From Myxococcota bacterium (lineage in GTDB: Bacteria; Myxococcota; JACRCW01): DNA of 28,151 bases. The notes beneath the pieces were generated by a model. That model was not told the DNA's origin. It saw only the letters and a list, made by a program, of their open reading frames with translations, and ran no database searches. The number at the start of each line of letters is the position of its first letter. The stretch's first letter is position 1. Shown here in pieces: positions 16,779 through 25,461 of the stretch. Both the position numbers and the translations under genes were made by a program. Location: the NCBI GenBank assembly GCA_040752415.1, contig JBFMGU010000140.1:1-28151 (forward strand), in the 5' to 3' direction.

Positions 16779-18125
16779 ATGCGCTCCATCCCCGGCTCCC
16801 GCCTCGCCTCCCTTCTTTCCGCAGGGCTGCTGTGGTTGGGGGGCTGCAACCTGCCGACACCGGCCTCGCAGCCGCTGGACCCCGCGGGTGGGAGCTCGTC
16901 CTCATCGTCAACCGGGAGCAGCAACGGGACGCTCTCCAGCTCCAGTTCCTCGTCATCCGGCGGCCCGGCATCCACCACCAGCGGGTCTGGCTCCACCAGC
17001 GGGTCCACCAGCTCGACGTCGTCATCCGGTTCCTCCACCAGCAGCGCCACCGGTGGTACCAGCACCTCGACCACTTCCTGCACCGACCCGACCACGGACT
17101 GTCCCGCGACGGGGACGGCGTGTGTGGTCGCGGTGTGCAGCGCGGGCCAATGCGCCACCAACCCTGCGGCAGCGCACACGACATGCTCCGACAACGGAGG
17201 CACCGTGTGCGACGGCAGCGGCGCCTGCGTGGCCTGCCGTGACGCCGCGGACTGCCCCGCCACCGGCAACGACTGCTTCGCTCCCACGTGCATCAACAAT
17301 CAGTGCGGCACGCAGCCGGTGGACGCGAGCACCCCCATCCGTGCCCAGGCCACTGGCGACTGCCTCCTGGTCGTCTGCGACGGCTCCGGCGGCACCACCA
17401 CCGTTCCCGACGACACCGACGTGCCCGTCGACACCACCCTGTGCACCGCCGATTCCTGCGCGAGCGGCAACCCCGTCCACACGCCGCTGTCCGGCGCGTG
17501 CAGCGACAATGGCGGCGTGGTGTGCGCCGACACCACGAGCCCGAGCGCGGGCACCTGCGTGGCGTGCAACAGCAACGCAGATTGCGCCGGCTCTCCACCG
17601 CGCGTGTGTGTGAGCCACCTGTGCGTGGTGGTGGATTGCGCCAACTTCCAGCAGGACGGCGACGAGACGGACGAGGATTGCGGCGGTTCCTGCCCGCCGT
17701 GCGTCGACGGGAGCGCATGCCTCGTGGCCGCGGATTGCGTGAGCCAGGTGTGCAATGGCGCGTTGCTGACCTGCAGCGCCCCGGACTGCGGTGACAACGT
17801 GCAGAACGGCCTCGAGTCGGCCATCGACTGCGGTGGCGGGACCTGCCCCACGTGCAATGACGGCGATACCTGCGCGCAGGCCGCAGACTGCACCAGCGGC
17901 GTGTGCGGCAACGGACCGCCCTCGCTGTGCCTGACGGCAACCTGTCTGGACGGTGTGCTCAACGGCGGTGAAAGCGCCCTGGACTGCGGTGCCGTGTGCG
18001 GGACCACCCTTCTGTGCGCCAACGGACAGACCTGCAACGGCGCCGCGGACTGCGACAGCGGCTTCTGCTCCTCGGGCCTGTGCGCACCGTGTGTGCTGGA
18101 TTCGGATTGCGCCACCGACGAGTAA
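16779..18125 (+). CDS. Cys-rich repeat lipoprotein, N-terminal part (ends at a frameshift-created TAA)
   Basis: GGAGG before ATG 16779, lipobox LWLGGC and a long Ser/Thr/Gly linker. Three C..(Q/N)(D/N)G.E..(D)CGG-type repeats. Ends mid-motif at CVLDSDCATDE*. Confidence 0.88.
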   Translation: MRSIPGSRLASLLSAGLLWLGGCNLPTPASQPLDPAGGSSSSSSTGSSNGTLSSSSSSSSGGPASTTSGSGSTSGSTSSTSSSGSSTSSATGGTSTSTTSCTDPTTDCPATGTACVVAVCSAGQCATNPAAAHTTCSDNGGTVCDGSGACVACRDAADCPATGNDCFAPTCINNQCGTQPVDASTPIRAQATGDCLLVVCDGSGGTTTVPDDTDVPVDTTLCTADSCASGNPVHTPLSGACSDNGGVVCADTTSPSAGTCVACNSNADCAGSPPRVCVSHLCVVVDCANFQQDGDETDEDCGGSCPPCVDGSACLVAADCVSQVCNGALLTCSAPDCGDNVQNGLESAIDCGGGTCPTCNDGDTCAQAADCTSGVCGNGPPSLCLTATCLDGVLNGGESALDCGAVCGTTLLCANGQTCNGAADCDSGFCSSGLCAPCVLDSDCATDE

Positions 18126-18126
18126 C

Positions 18127-19317
18127 TGCGCCGCGGGTGTGTGCGCGGCCGACCTCCCCAACGGCGACGGGTGCAACAATCCGGCCAACACCTGCAACGG
18201 TGGCGGGACGCTCCAGTGTGATGGCGCCGGTGCTTGTCTCCGCACCGACGGACAGGCCTGCTCCGTCGACGGTGATTGCTTGAGCGGCGCGTGCGCCGAC
18301 GGGTATTGCTGCAACAACGCCTGCAACGGCACCTGCGAGGCCTGCAACGTCGCGGGCAGCGAGGGCGTCTGCAGCCTCGTGGCGTCCGGCCGCACCGACG
18401 GGGCGTGCAGCGGGACGCTGGTCTGCGACGGCACGGGGAACTGCCTGGGAGTGGTGGGCCGGGCCTGCACGCTGGACGGCGATTGCATCACGGGAAACTG
18501 CGTGGACGGCTACTGTTGCACCAACGCGTGCAGCGGCACCTGCCAGGCGTGCAACCTCGCCGGCGCGGAAGGCACCTGCAGCAACGTGCCCTCCGGTGGT
18601 GGGGACGGGACGTGTGTGGGCGCGCTGGCCTGTGATGGCAACGGCGCGTGCGTCTCGGAGAATGGCCAGGCCTGCTCAGTGGGAGGTGATTGTCTCAGCG
18701 GCAACTGTGTCGACGGAGTCTGCTGCAACACCGCGTGCACCGGCACGTGCCTCGCTTGCAATGTCGCCGGCAGCGTCGGAACCTGCGCCAACGTCCCCGC
18801 CAACCAGCAGGACAACACGTGCAACCTCGCCAGCCAGGCGTGCGACGGCGCGGGCCACTGCCGGACCCTCAACGGGCAGGCTTGTGGCCTCGGCAGTGAG
18901 TGTCTGAGCGGCAACTGCGTCGACGGTGTGTGCTGCAATGCGGCGTGCACCGGCACGTGCCAGGCGTGCAGTGCCGCCAAGAAGGGCAGCGGCGCGGATG
19001 GCGTGTGCGGCAACATCAGCAACGCCACCGACCCCGACAACGAGTGCCCAAGCACGGTGACGTGCAACGGGGCCGGCGCCTGCGGCTACTTCGGGAACGG
19101 CACCGCTTGCTCGCTCTCGGCGCAGTGCATCAGCGGCAACTGTGTCGACGGGGTGTGCTGCAACACGGCATGCACCGGCGTGTGCCAGGCGTGCAACACC
19201 GCGAAGAAGGGCAGCGGCGCGGATGGCGTGTGCGGCAACATCAGCAACGCCACCGACCCCGACAACGAGTGTCCGGGCACGGCGACGTGCAATGGGGCCG
19301 GCGCCTGCGGCTTCTGA
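18127..19317 (+). pseudogene. Frameshifted C-terminal continuation of the Cys-rich lipoprotein
   Basis: The +1 frame resumes Cys-rich sequence directly after the TAA (CAAGVCAADLPNG...) with no start codon or RBS of its own. Removing one A from gagtaactgc gives GAG TAC TGC (DEYCAAGVC) and one 845-aa ORF. Confidence 0.85.
18250..19314 (+). repeat. Five tandem 69-75-aa, 12-Cys coding repeats
   Basis: Units start at 18250, 18457, 18664, 18874 and 19099, with core C.SGNCVDG.CC..AC.GTC.AC. The last two share 68 identical nt (18979-19046 and 19204-19271). Confidence 0.92.
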
Positions 19318-19732
19318 TGTGGACCTGCCTTGCTGACCACCCTCTTCTTTGCATTGGCGGCCTGTCCGACCGGGAGACGACCATGAAGCGGAGGAAGACC
19401 CGTCCGGCATTCGACGCGGAAGGTCAACCCGGCCCGGCAGAAACATGACTAAGAATGCCGATGCGATGACCGGAGTGCACGCGGAGCTGGTGGTGGACGC
19501 GAAGGCACGCGCGGACAAGCACCGCAGCGCGCCGTGACGATGAGGGCACCGCGTGAAATCCCCGGTGGTCGCTCCGCGCGCATCCGACGGAAGCCAGTCT
19601 GCGCGCATCGGTCACGCGATCAGGTTCGGCCAACTTCGTGGGGCGCAGAAGCGCGGCGGGCAGGTCAATCTCATTGCTGATTCCGTCTACCGGGGATATA
19701 CCCGGACCCTCATCCATCCCAGGGAGTCGTTC

Positions 19733-20887
19733 GTGCCCATCACCTTCCGCACCAACACCGGTGGTGCAGCCTTCAACCACCACTCCGACGGCACCGTGAG
19801 CACCACGGGTGGCAGCCGCTACAACGCCCCGCCCAACGCACGGACACCCGCGGGCGCGCCGTTCGCGCACCCCAACGTCACCGGCGGAACGGCCACGCTC
19901 CTCAACACCCGTGAGGATGTGCGTCGCCGTGAGTACGAGGCGCGGACCCGCGAGGCGCAGATTGAGGGCGCGGTGCTTGCCGAGTTCCGCATCCTCCGCA
20001 CCGGCCGCTCCGACGGCATCCTCAACACCGACGACATGGTACGCCTTTGCGACTTCGCCCACGGCAGCGTCACGCGCACCGCGGCGTTGCGGGCCATGCT
20101 GGGTGAGCCGGTCATGACCACCGCCGCGCACAACGCCCTGCGCGCACACCTCGACGGGCACCGGGACATCCGCGACGCTGCTCTCACCGAGGCACGTCGC
20201 GCGGGCCGCGCGGTCAGCGTGCCGGAGACGCGTTTCCCCGTCGGGTACGCCGCGGTCACTTTCTCCTCGGATGCGTCCACCGGCACCGCCAAGCTCTCAC
20301 TCGAGGACGGCCGCGAAGTCGAGAACCTGCGCATGCGTAGCGACGGCACCTTCGAGGGCACGCTCGCCCCGGGCCAGCGCGTGCTCGTCGACGCCGGCGT
20401 CCGCATCAACCCCGCCACGCGCGTCCCGGAGCGCGCACTCACCCTCTCCATCTATGCGCACCCGTGGGACCTCGCTCCCGCAACCTCCCGCACGCTCACC
20501 GCGGCCGCTCCTGGCATCACCACCGCGTCCACGCAACCTGCGCCCGGCCGCTACGCCGTCCCCGGCACCGCGGAGGTGAAGTTGCTCACCCCCAACGGCC
20601 GAATCGAGCGCACGGACACGCGCCATGACTTCCGCTACGACGCCACCATCAAGACCACCAGCACACCCGGCGTCTTCTCACTGAGGCTGGAAGGCATGAC
20701 GGTGCGGCTGCGGGAGGAGTCGGAGGGGCACTACCGCGGCATCCTGCACAAGAAGGACGGCACGCGGCTTGAGGTCGCGCTGACGGCGCAGAGCGCAACC
20801 ATGCGGGTCATCCTCGACCGCAAGGATGCGTCGGGCCAGCGCTCACTGACCGACTTCCTCGGCCGCATCGACGCGTTCGGCGGCTGA
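19733..20887 (+). CDS. Hypothetical protein
   Basis: GTG 19733 after GGGAG gives MPITFRTNTGG.... The ~384-aa ORF has strong GC3 bias and no classical signal peptide. The ORF-track start at 19553 is probably too early. Confidence 0.8.
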   Translation: MPITFRTNTGGAAFNHHSDGTVSTTGGSRYNAPPNARTPAGAPFAHPNVTGGTATLLNTREDVRRREYEARTREAQIEGAVLAEFRILRTGRSDGILNTDDMVRLCDFAHGSVTRTAALRAMLGEPVMTTAAHNALRAHLDGHRDIRDAALTEARRAGRAVSVPETRFPVGYAAVTFSSDASTGTAKLSLEDGREVENLRMRSDGTFEGTLAPGQRVLVDAGVRINPATRVPERALTLSIYAHPWDLAPATSRTLTAAAPGITTASTQPAPGRYAVPGTAEVKLLTPNGRIERTDTRHDFRYDATIKTTSTPGVFSLRLEGMTVRLREESEGHYRGILHKKDGTRLEVALTAQSATMRVILDRKDASGQRSLTDFLGRIDAFGG

Positions 20888-20928
20888 CGGCTGTGCCTGG
20901 GACAAGACGCAGACACCGACCGACGCCG

Positions 20929-20965
20929 CGACGTCGGATGCTGGCGAACGTTTCGGCCGACGTCG
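20929..20965. terminator. GC-rich hairpin between convergent genes (possible terminator or processing site)
   Basis: cgacgtcgg (20929-20937) pairs with ccgacgtcg (20957-20965), with an inner cgaa/ttcg stem. There is no U-tract. Confidence 0.3.
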
Positions 20966-21044
20966 AGAGGGGAGAGGGCGCGGGGTGCTTCCGCCAAGGT
21001 GGGACGTTCCTGTCGCCGTTGCATGTCCATGACGACCACGGGAA

Positions 21045-22361
21045 TCACTTCCCCGGTGGCGTCGTCGTCACGGGCGCATCATCCACCAGCTCCCGGTGTC
21101 GCGTGGCCACCAGGCCCACCGCGCCCAGCAGCGGCACCAGCGCCAATCCCGTGGTTCCCACCGTCGCCACCAGGGAGAGCGAGAGCAACAGCGCGGCGGC
21201 GATGATCCGGTAGGTCAGCAGCGGCACCGCCACGCCCGTGCCCAGCGGCCCCGCCACGATCCCGGGGACAATCCCGCTGGCCAACGACGAGAACACCACC
21301 GCCGCGGGAATGGCCACCACCGCCGTCAACAACATGGCCGCCGCGCCACCCAGCGCCAGCACGGGGGCCACGGTGCGTCCCACGCCCGGCCGCGCCGCCT
21401 CCCGGATGCGCTCCTCCTCGCGGCAACATCCCTCTCGCGAGACGCTCCTGCGCCCCAGGTCCAGCCCGTCCACCAGCGCCACCACGCCCGCGGCGGCAAA
21501 GAACATCAGCCCGCCCGCCACCACGAGGAGACTCCCGCCGAGCCACAACGCCGTGAGCACCACGGGGAACGTGTAGGTCCCCTCGGTGGGCGCGGTGCGT
21601 GTGTAACCCACCGGGGCGCCGTCGTAGACGGCGGTGTTGGCCACCGTGCTGAGCGGCGCGTTGAGGACGGCGCCCAACGCCAGCGCCACACCACCCGCCA
21701 GCAGCAGCGCTCCCTCCAGCACCGCCAGGCCTTCGCTCTCGCGGTTCATGGCAATCACGTGGTCCGTCCAGGAACGGGAGAGCGGCTGGTCCACCTTCGC
21801 GCTGGCCTGGAACCCGGTGACCACGTCACGTTCCGCGCCCAGCCGCTCGGCGAGCCGGGGGTCCTGCAGGGAGAACTGCGTGCCTTGTGCCAGCTCGCGC
21901 GCCACGCCGTCGACGCCGGCCAGCAACGCATCCAGGCTCCGTCCCTGCGTGCCGGTGCGTCGCGAGGCCTGCGCGGTCTTCCGCTCCAGCATCACCACGC
22001 GCAGGTCCCACACGCCGTCCTGCAGTCCCAGCTGGCTGCGCAGCACCACGTCAACATCCAGGGCGTCCGCCAGGCGCGCCAGGCAGCTCTCGTCGTCACA
22101 ACCGGTGAGCTGCGCCTGCGCCGCCTGCTGCGCCAACGCCTCCACCTCCGCCCGACGGAGCACCTTGAGGTCCGAGTGTCGCGCCAATCCCTCGGCCAGC
22201 GCGCGCTCGACGGCGCGGGAGGCCCGCAGCAGCTCGGTGCTGGGTTGGGGCGGCAATCCCACCGGCAACAACGCCGCACGGCGTTCCGCGGTGACGGGCG
22301 TGGTGCTCTCCGTCGGGGCCTGCGCCAACACCACGAGCGCGGACAGGAGGATGCCGTTCAT
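21045..22361 (-). CDS. Membrane protein with an exported TolB-N/CsgG-like alpha/beta domain and multiple TM helices (paralog B)
   Basis: Signal peptide MNGILLSALVVLAQA and GCDDESCLARLADALDVD motif. About four hydrophobic segments with an LDLGRRSVSREGCCRE loop. ATGA overlap with the upstream paralog and GGAGG RBS. Confidence 0.85.
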   Translation of the reverse strand: MNGILLSALVVLAQAPTESTTPVTAERRAALLPVGLPPQPSTELLRASRAVERALAEGLARHSDLKVLRRAEVEALAQQAAQAQLTGCDDESCLARLADALDVDVVLRSQLGLQDGVWDLRVVMLERKTAQASRRTGTQGRSLDALLAGVDGVARELAQGTQFSLQDPRLAERLGAERDVVTGFQASAKVDQPLSRSWTDHVIAMNRESEGLAVLEGALLLAGGVALALGAVLNAPLSTVANTAVYDGAPVGYTRTAPTEGTYTFPVVLTALWLGGSLLVVAGGLMFFAAAGVVALVDGLDLGRRSVSREGCCREEERIREAARPGVGRTVAPVLALGGAAAMLLTAVVAIPAAVVFSSLASGIVPGIVAGPLGTGVAVPLLTYRIIAAALLLSLSLVATVGTTGLALVPLLGAVGLVATRHRELVDDAPVTTTPPGK

Positions 22362-23680
22362 CGCGCCACCTCCTCGACGTCGGGGCGGGGCTCATCCACG
22401 GCGTCACGCTCCGGCCACAACAGCGTCACCAGTCCCGCGGTCACCGACGTCAGCGGACTGACCAGGCACATGCCGCACAGGCAGGGGATGGAGGCGTAGA
22501 ACATCAGGCCGGTGAGGGCGGCCAGGTCACTGCGCGGCTGCGGCGGAATGAAGAAGCCCACCACCGACGACAACGTGACCCCCACCGTGTACGCCCCCAC
22601 CAGCCCCAGGCAGGAAGCGGGCCCGGTCAACGCGGTCCACAGCTCCGCCGCCTTGCGCATGCCGTTGCGCGCCCGCGCCTCACGGATCTCCGAGTCATCC
22701 CGGCAGCAACCGTCCGCGGTGACGGTCACGCGCCCCAGGTCCAGCAGATCCACGACGACCAACGCGAGCCCCACCAGCTGGAACGCAACGACCACCGGCG
22801 CGGCCAAGAGCACGCCCAGCCCCAGCGAGCTGAGCACCACCGCGCCCGGCGTGCCCCAGCTGTACGGGATGGAGCCGAGGATCGCGCCGAACATCCCCGC
22901 GGCCAGGGCCAGGAACACCACCGGCACGGTGAAGACGAGCGCCTGGGCCACCGCCAGCCGGGTGCTCTCGGTGTTGTGGAGCGTGATGAACCGGGTGAGC
23001 GCTTCGCCGGTGGTGAGGCCGGGATTCTCGTCGCGGTAACGCTTGAATGCCTGCAGGTCCTCCTCATTCGTGAAGCCCAGCCGGCGCGCGCCCCGCAGGC
23101 CCTTCAGCTCCGCTTCCTCGCCGCGCCCCGCCAGGAGCAACGCCATCTCCCGGGTCTGCGCCAACAGCGCCTGCACGCCCGGTCCCTCCACCTGGGCGCG
23201 CATCACCGCGTTCCCGTTGGAGGACTGCACCAGCGTGGTGCTCCACACGTGATGTCCCGCCACGCGCTGCAACACCCCCACCGCCATCAGCTCCGCGCCC
23301 ATGGCGCCCACGGCCTCCTGCAGCGCGCCCTCGGTGCTTCCCACGCTCTGCAGCTGCGCCTCCTCCTGCAGCAGCGTGGCAATCTCGTCGGCGGAGATGA
23401 CCTTGTAGTGGCCCAACCCCGCCAGCTCCTCGGAGAGCGCGGCGGCCAGCAGCGGCGCGGCGTCCTGCAGGCCGGGCGCTTCCACCTTGAGGGGCAGCAC
23501 GGCCACGGTTCTCGTCGGGCTCGTGGGGGTCTGCGCCTGCGCCGGCACTGCTGCCAGACATGCGGCCAGGAGGACCCACGCGGCACCCACGGGTTTCACG
23601 TGGGGGAGGCGCCGGGCCACCCCGGGCTGTCGACGAGGGCACACCGACCCGCATGCCAGAAGGAGGCGCATGAAGCGCAT
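22358..23680 (-). CDS. Membrane protein with an exported TolB-N/CsgG-like domain and multiple TM helices (paralog A)
   Basis: Signal peptide ...WVLLAACLAAVPAQA, then TVAVLPL...YKVISADEI...GAELMAVG. TM helices with an LDLGRVTVTADGCCRD loop. The true start may be GTG 23599. Confidence 0.85.
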   Translation of the reverse strand: MRFMRLLLACGSVCPRRQPGVARRLPHVKPVGAAWVLLAACLAAVPAQAQTPTSPTRTVAVLPLKVEAPGLQDAAPLLAAALSEELAGLGHYKVISADEIATLLQEEAQLQSVGSTEGALQEAVGAMGAELMAVGVLQRVAGHHVWSTTLVQSSNGNAVMRAQVEGPGVQALLAQTREMALLLAGRGEEAELKGLRGARRLGFTNEEDLQAFKRYRDENPGLTTGEALTRFITLHNTESTRLAVAQALVFTVPVVFLALAAGMFGAILGSIPYSWGTPGAVVLSSLGLGVLLAAPVVVAFQLVGLALVVVDLLDLGRVTVTADGCCRDDSEIREARARNGMRKAAELWTALTGPASCLGLVGAYTVGVTLSSVVGFFIPPQPRSDLAALTGLMFYASIPCLCGMCLVSPLTSVTAGLVTLLWPERDAVDEPRPDVEEVAR

Positions 23681-23725
23681 CCATAGCAGCCCTGCCGCCG
23701 CCCGTCGTCCGACGTCACGGCCCGG

Positions 23726-24007
23726 TCACTGCGGGTTGGTACCCCCACCCCACCGGAGCACCATGCGCGACTTGGCGAAGCGCGCGGTCACGCCGACGAT
23801 GCCCGGCTGCTGCGCAATGTGCTCCAGGATGGAGAGCGCCTGGGGCACGGTGAGCGCTCCAGCGGGCAAGCCCAGCTCGGTGGCCACGCGGGAGACCAAC
23901 TCGTCGGCCTTGGCCTTTCCCAGGCTCTGGGACAACGCACCAGCGACATCATCCCGGGACAGGTTGGACGGCGTGGACACGGGCAACGGCTCCAGGGCTG
24001 GGCTCAC
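23726..24007 (-). CDS. Small helical protein translationally coupled to the FIST gene
   Basis: The GTG start overlaps the FIST stop (GTGA, 24004-24007). 93 aa with amphipathic helices LSQSLGKAKADELV...ALSILEHIAQQPGIVGVTARFAK. Confidence 0.8.
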   Translation of the reverse strand: MSPALEPLPVSTPSNLSRDDVAGALSQSLGKAKADELVSRVATELGLPAGALTVPQALSILEHIAQQPGIVGVTARFAKSRMVLRWGGGTNPQ

Positions 24008-25185
24008 CGCGGGAACGCCAGCACCACCGTGGTGGTGTTGTGGAACCCGGACAGGTCTCCGGCGGACAGCGCAATCTCGCCGTAGGTCTCGTAACCCGCC
24101 AGCGGCACGTTCCCCAGCTCCGTGCTGATGGACTTCACCGCGTCGTGGAACTGGGAGCCCAGGATCAGGTTGCGGCAGATGCAGTCAAACACCAGCGCGC
24201 CGGCAATCGGCGCCCCCTTGAGCTGGTCATGCGCCCGCCGCGCCGCCTCCCGCGCGCTCTCCACCTGGCGCGCCGGCTCGCTCTCGGTGATGCGGATGGT
24301 GGCCCCTTCCGGGATGGCGCAGGCAAAGCTGATGGCGCCCGCGGGAGTGCGTGACAGCGGCGCACGCACCTTCAGCTCGGAGCCGGTCTCCAGCGCGGCC
24401 TCGTAGCGCAGCAGGAACGCACCTTCCTGGTCGGGCTTGAGGCTGGCGGGGTCCTGGTTGGCCTTGCGCGCCGCGTCGCGGGTGGCGTCCTTCCACACCT
24501 CCCACGCCGGCCGCCCCTCCACCTCGTGCACCACGTTGCCTTCCGCGCGCGTCACCTTCATGGGCGCGGACAGCGCCCGGTGCCCGTGACAGACGCCCAG
24601 GCCCAGGCGCGTCTTGCTGAACAGCACCGCGGCCACCACGGCGTCCGTCGCCGCGCGCCCGTCCAGGCCCACCTGGCAGGCCTTCATGTGCAGGTCGTCG
24701 CCAGCCGCGCCTCCCGCCAACGGCACGTCCTCCCCCAGCGCCGCCCCCACCAGCAACGTGGCCTCCTCGCCGGTGCCGGAGAGCGGGTCCAGCAGCAGGA
24801 TGCCGGTGCGGTGCGGGAACCCGGGCACGGAGGCTGGCAGGCCCTTCAGCGCGGAGCCCACCGCCCCCTCGACGTCGGCCTGCAGCGACGTGCCCATCCC
24901 CGCGAACACCTGGAACTCACCCGCCAGCGCAAAGACCGCCGTGGAGCCCTTGGCGTCCGCCGCCTGCGTGAACTCCCCCGCCGTCGACGAGCCCAGCACG
25001 GTGGCGCCGGGGAAGGCCTGCTTCAGCCCGTGCAGCACCTCGCCCAGCGGCTGGGATGTCGACGCAAACGCCATGACCAGGCAGGGCGCCTGGCCCTGGA
25101 GCTGCTTCTTGATTTCCGTGGTGGTGCTGGCAACCGCCTGCGCGGCGGTGCCGGAGCTACTCGCGGTGGCGACGATGGTGGGCAT
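24004..25185 (-). CDS. FIST (FIST_N/FIST_C) signal transduction protein, NosP-like
   Basis: Motifs GSSTAGEF, LAGGAAGD, VTRAEGNVVHEVEGRPA, FDCICR, GYETYGEI and FHNTT. ATG 25185 after GAGGGG. Confidence 0.93.
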   Translation of the reverse strand: MPTIVATASSSGTAAQAVASTTTEIKKQLQGQAPCLVMAFASTSQPLGEVLHGLKQAFPGATVLGSSTAGEFTQAADAKGSTAVFALAGEFQVFAGMGTSLQADVEGAVGSALKGLPASVPGFPHRTGILLLDPLSGTGEEATLLVGAALGEDVPLAGGAAGDDLHMKACQVGLDGRAATDAVVAAVLFSKTRLGLGVCHGHRALSAPMKVTRAEGNVVHEVEGRPAWEVWKDATRDAARKANQDPASLKPDQEGAFLLRYEAALETGSELKVRAPLSRTPAGAISFACAIPEGATIRITESEPARQVESAREAARRAHDQLKGAPIAGALVFDCICRNLILGSQFHDAVKSISTELGNVPLAGYETYGEIALSAGDLSGFHNTTTVVLAFPR

Positions 25186-25461
25186 GCGACCCCTCAGGTT
25201 GTGGGTTCCGTGGTCATCTGGAGCCGGATCACCTCTCCGGCGGCCAGCAATTCCGAAGCTGTACAGCTTCATCCTCCAACCGCAGACGCCTCCGCAAGCG
25301 CTTCCCGTGCGGCTCAGCGGCATCATTACGCAGTTCTTCGTCGACAAATCGAGCACACGCGGGCCTCGCACCCTGTGTGTGCCGCACGCTCACGGGGGTT
25401 TCCGTGGGTGGTTGGGCATGACGGATGGACCCTGGCAAGCCAGATGACCCAGCATGAGCGC

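Noticed and set aside
17953..18126. Independent start at 17953 for the downstream Cys-rich ORF
   Set aside because: The first ~58 codons are off-frame translation of the upstream gene. Real coding character begins only at 18127.
18120..18129. Programmed +1 frameshift or stop-codon recoding at GAG-TAA-C
   Set aside because: There is no slippery codon or SD-like stimulator, in-frame readthrough would not reach the Cys-rich frame, and a 1-nt insertion explains the break fully.
18979..19271. CRISPR array or DGR template/variable repeat pair
   Set aside because: The repeats are in-frame coding units with no spacers. Differences are not adenine-specific, and no cas or RT gene is in the window.
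24526..25461. N-terminal 312-codon extension of the FAD oxidase (apparent fusion)
   Set aside because: It mostly overlaps the FIST gene antisense. Family homology begins at MTTRERSFWGWG (25462).
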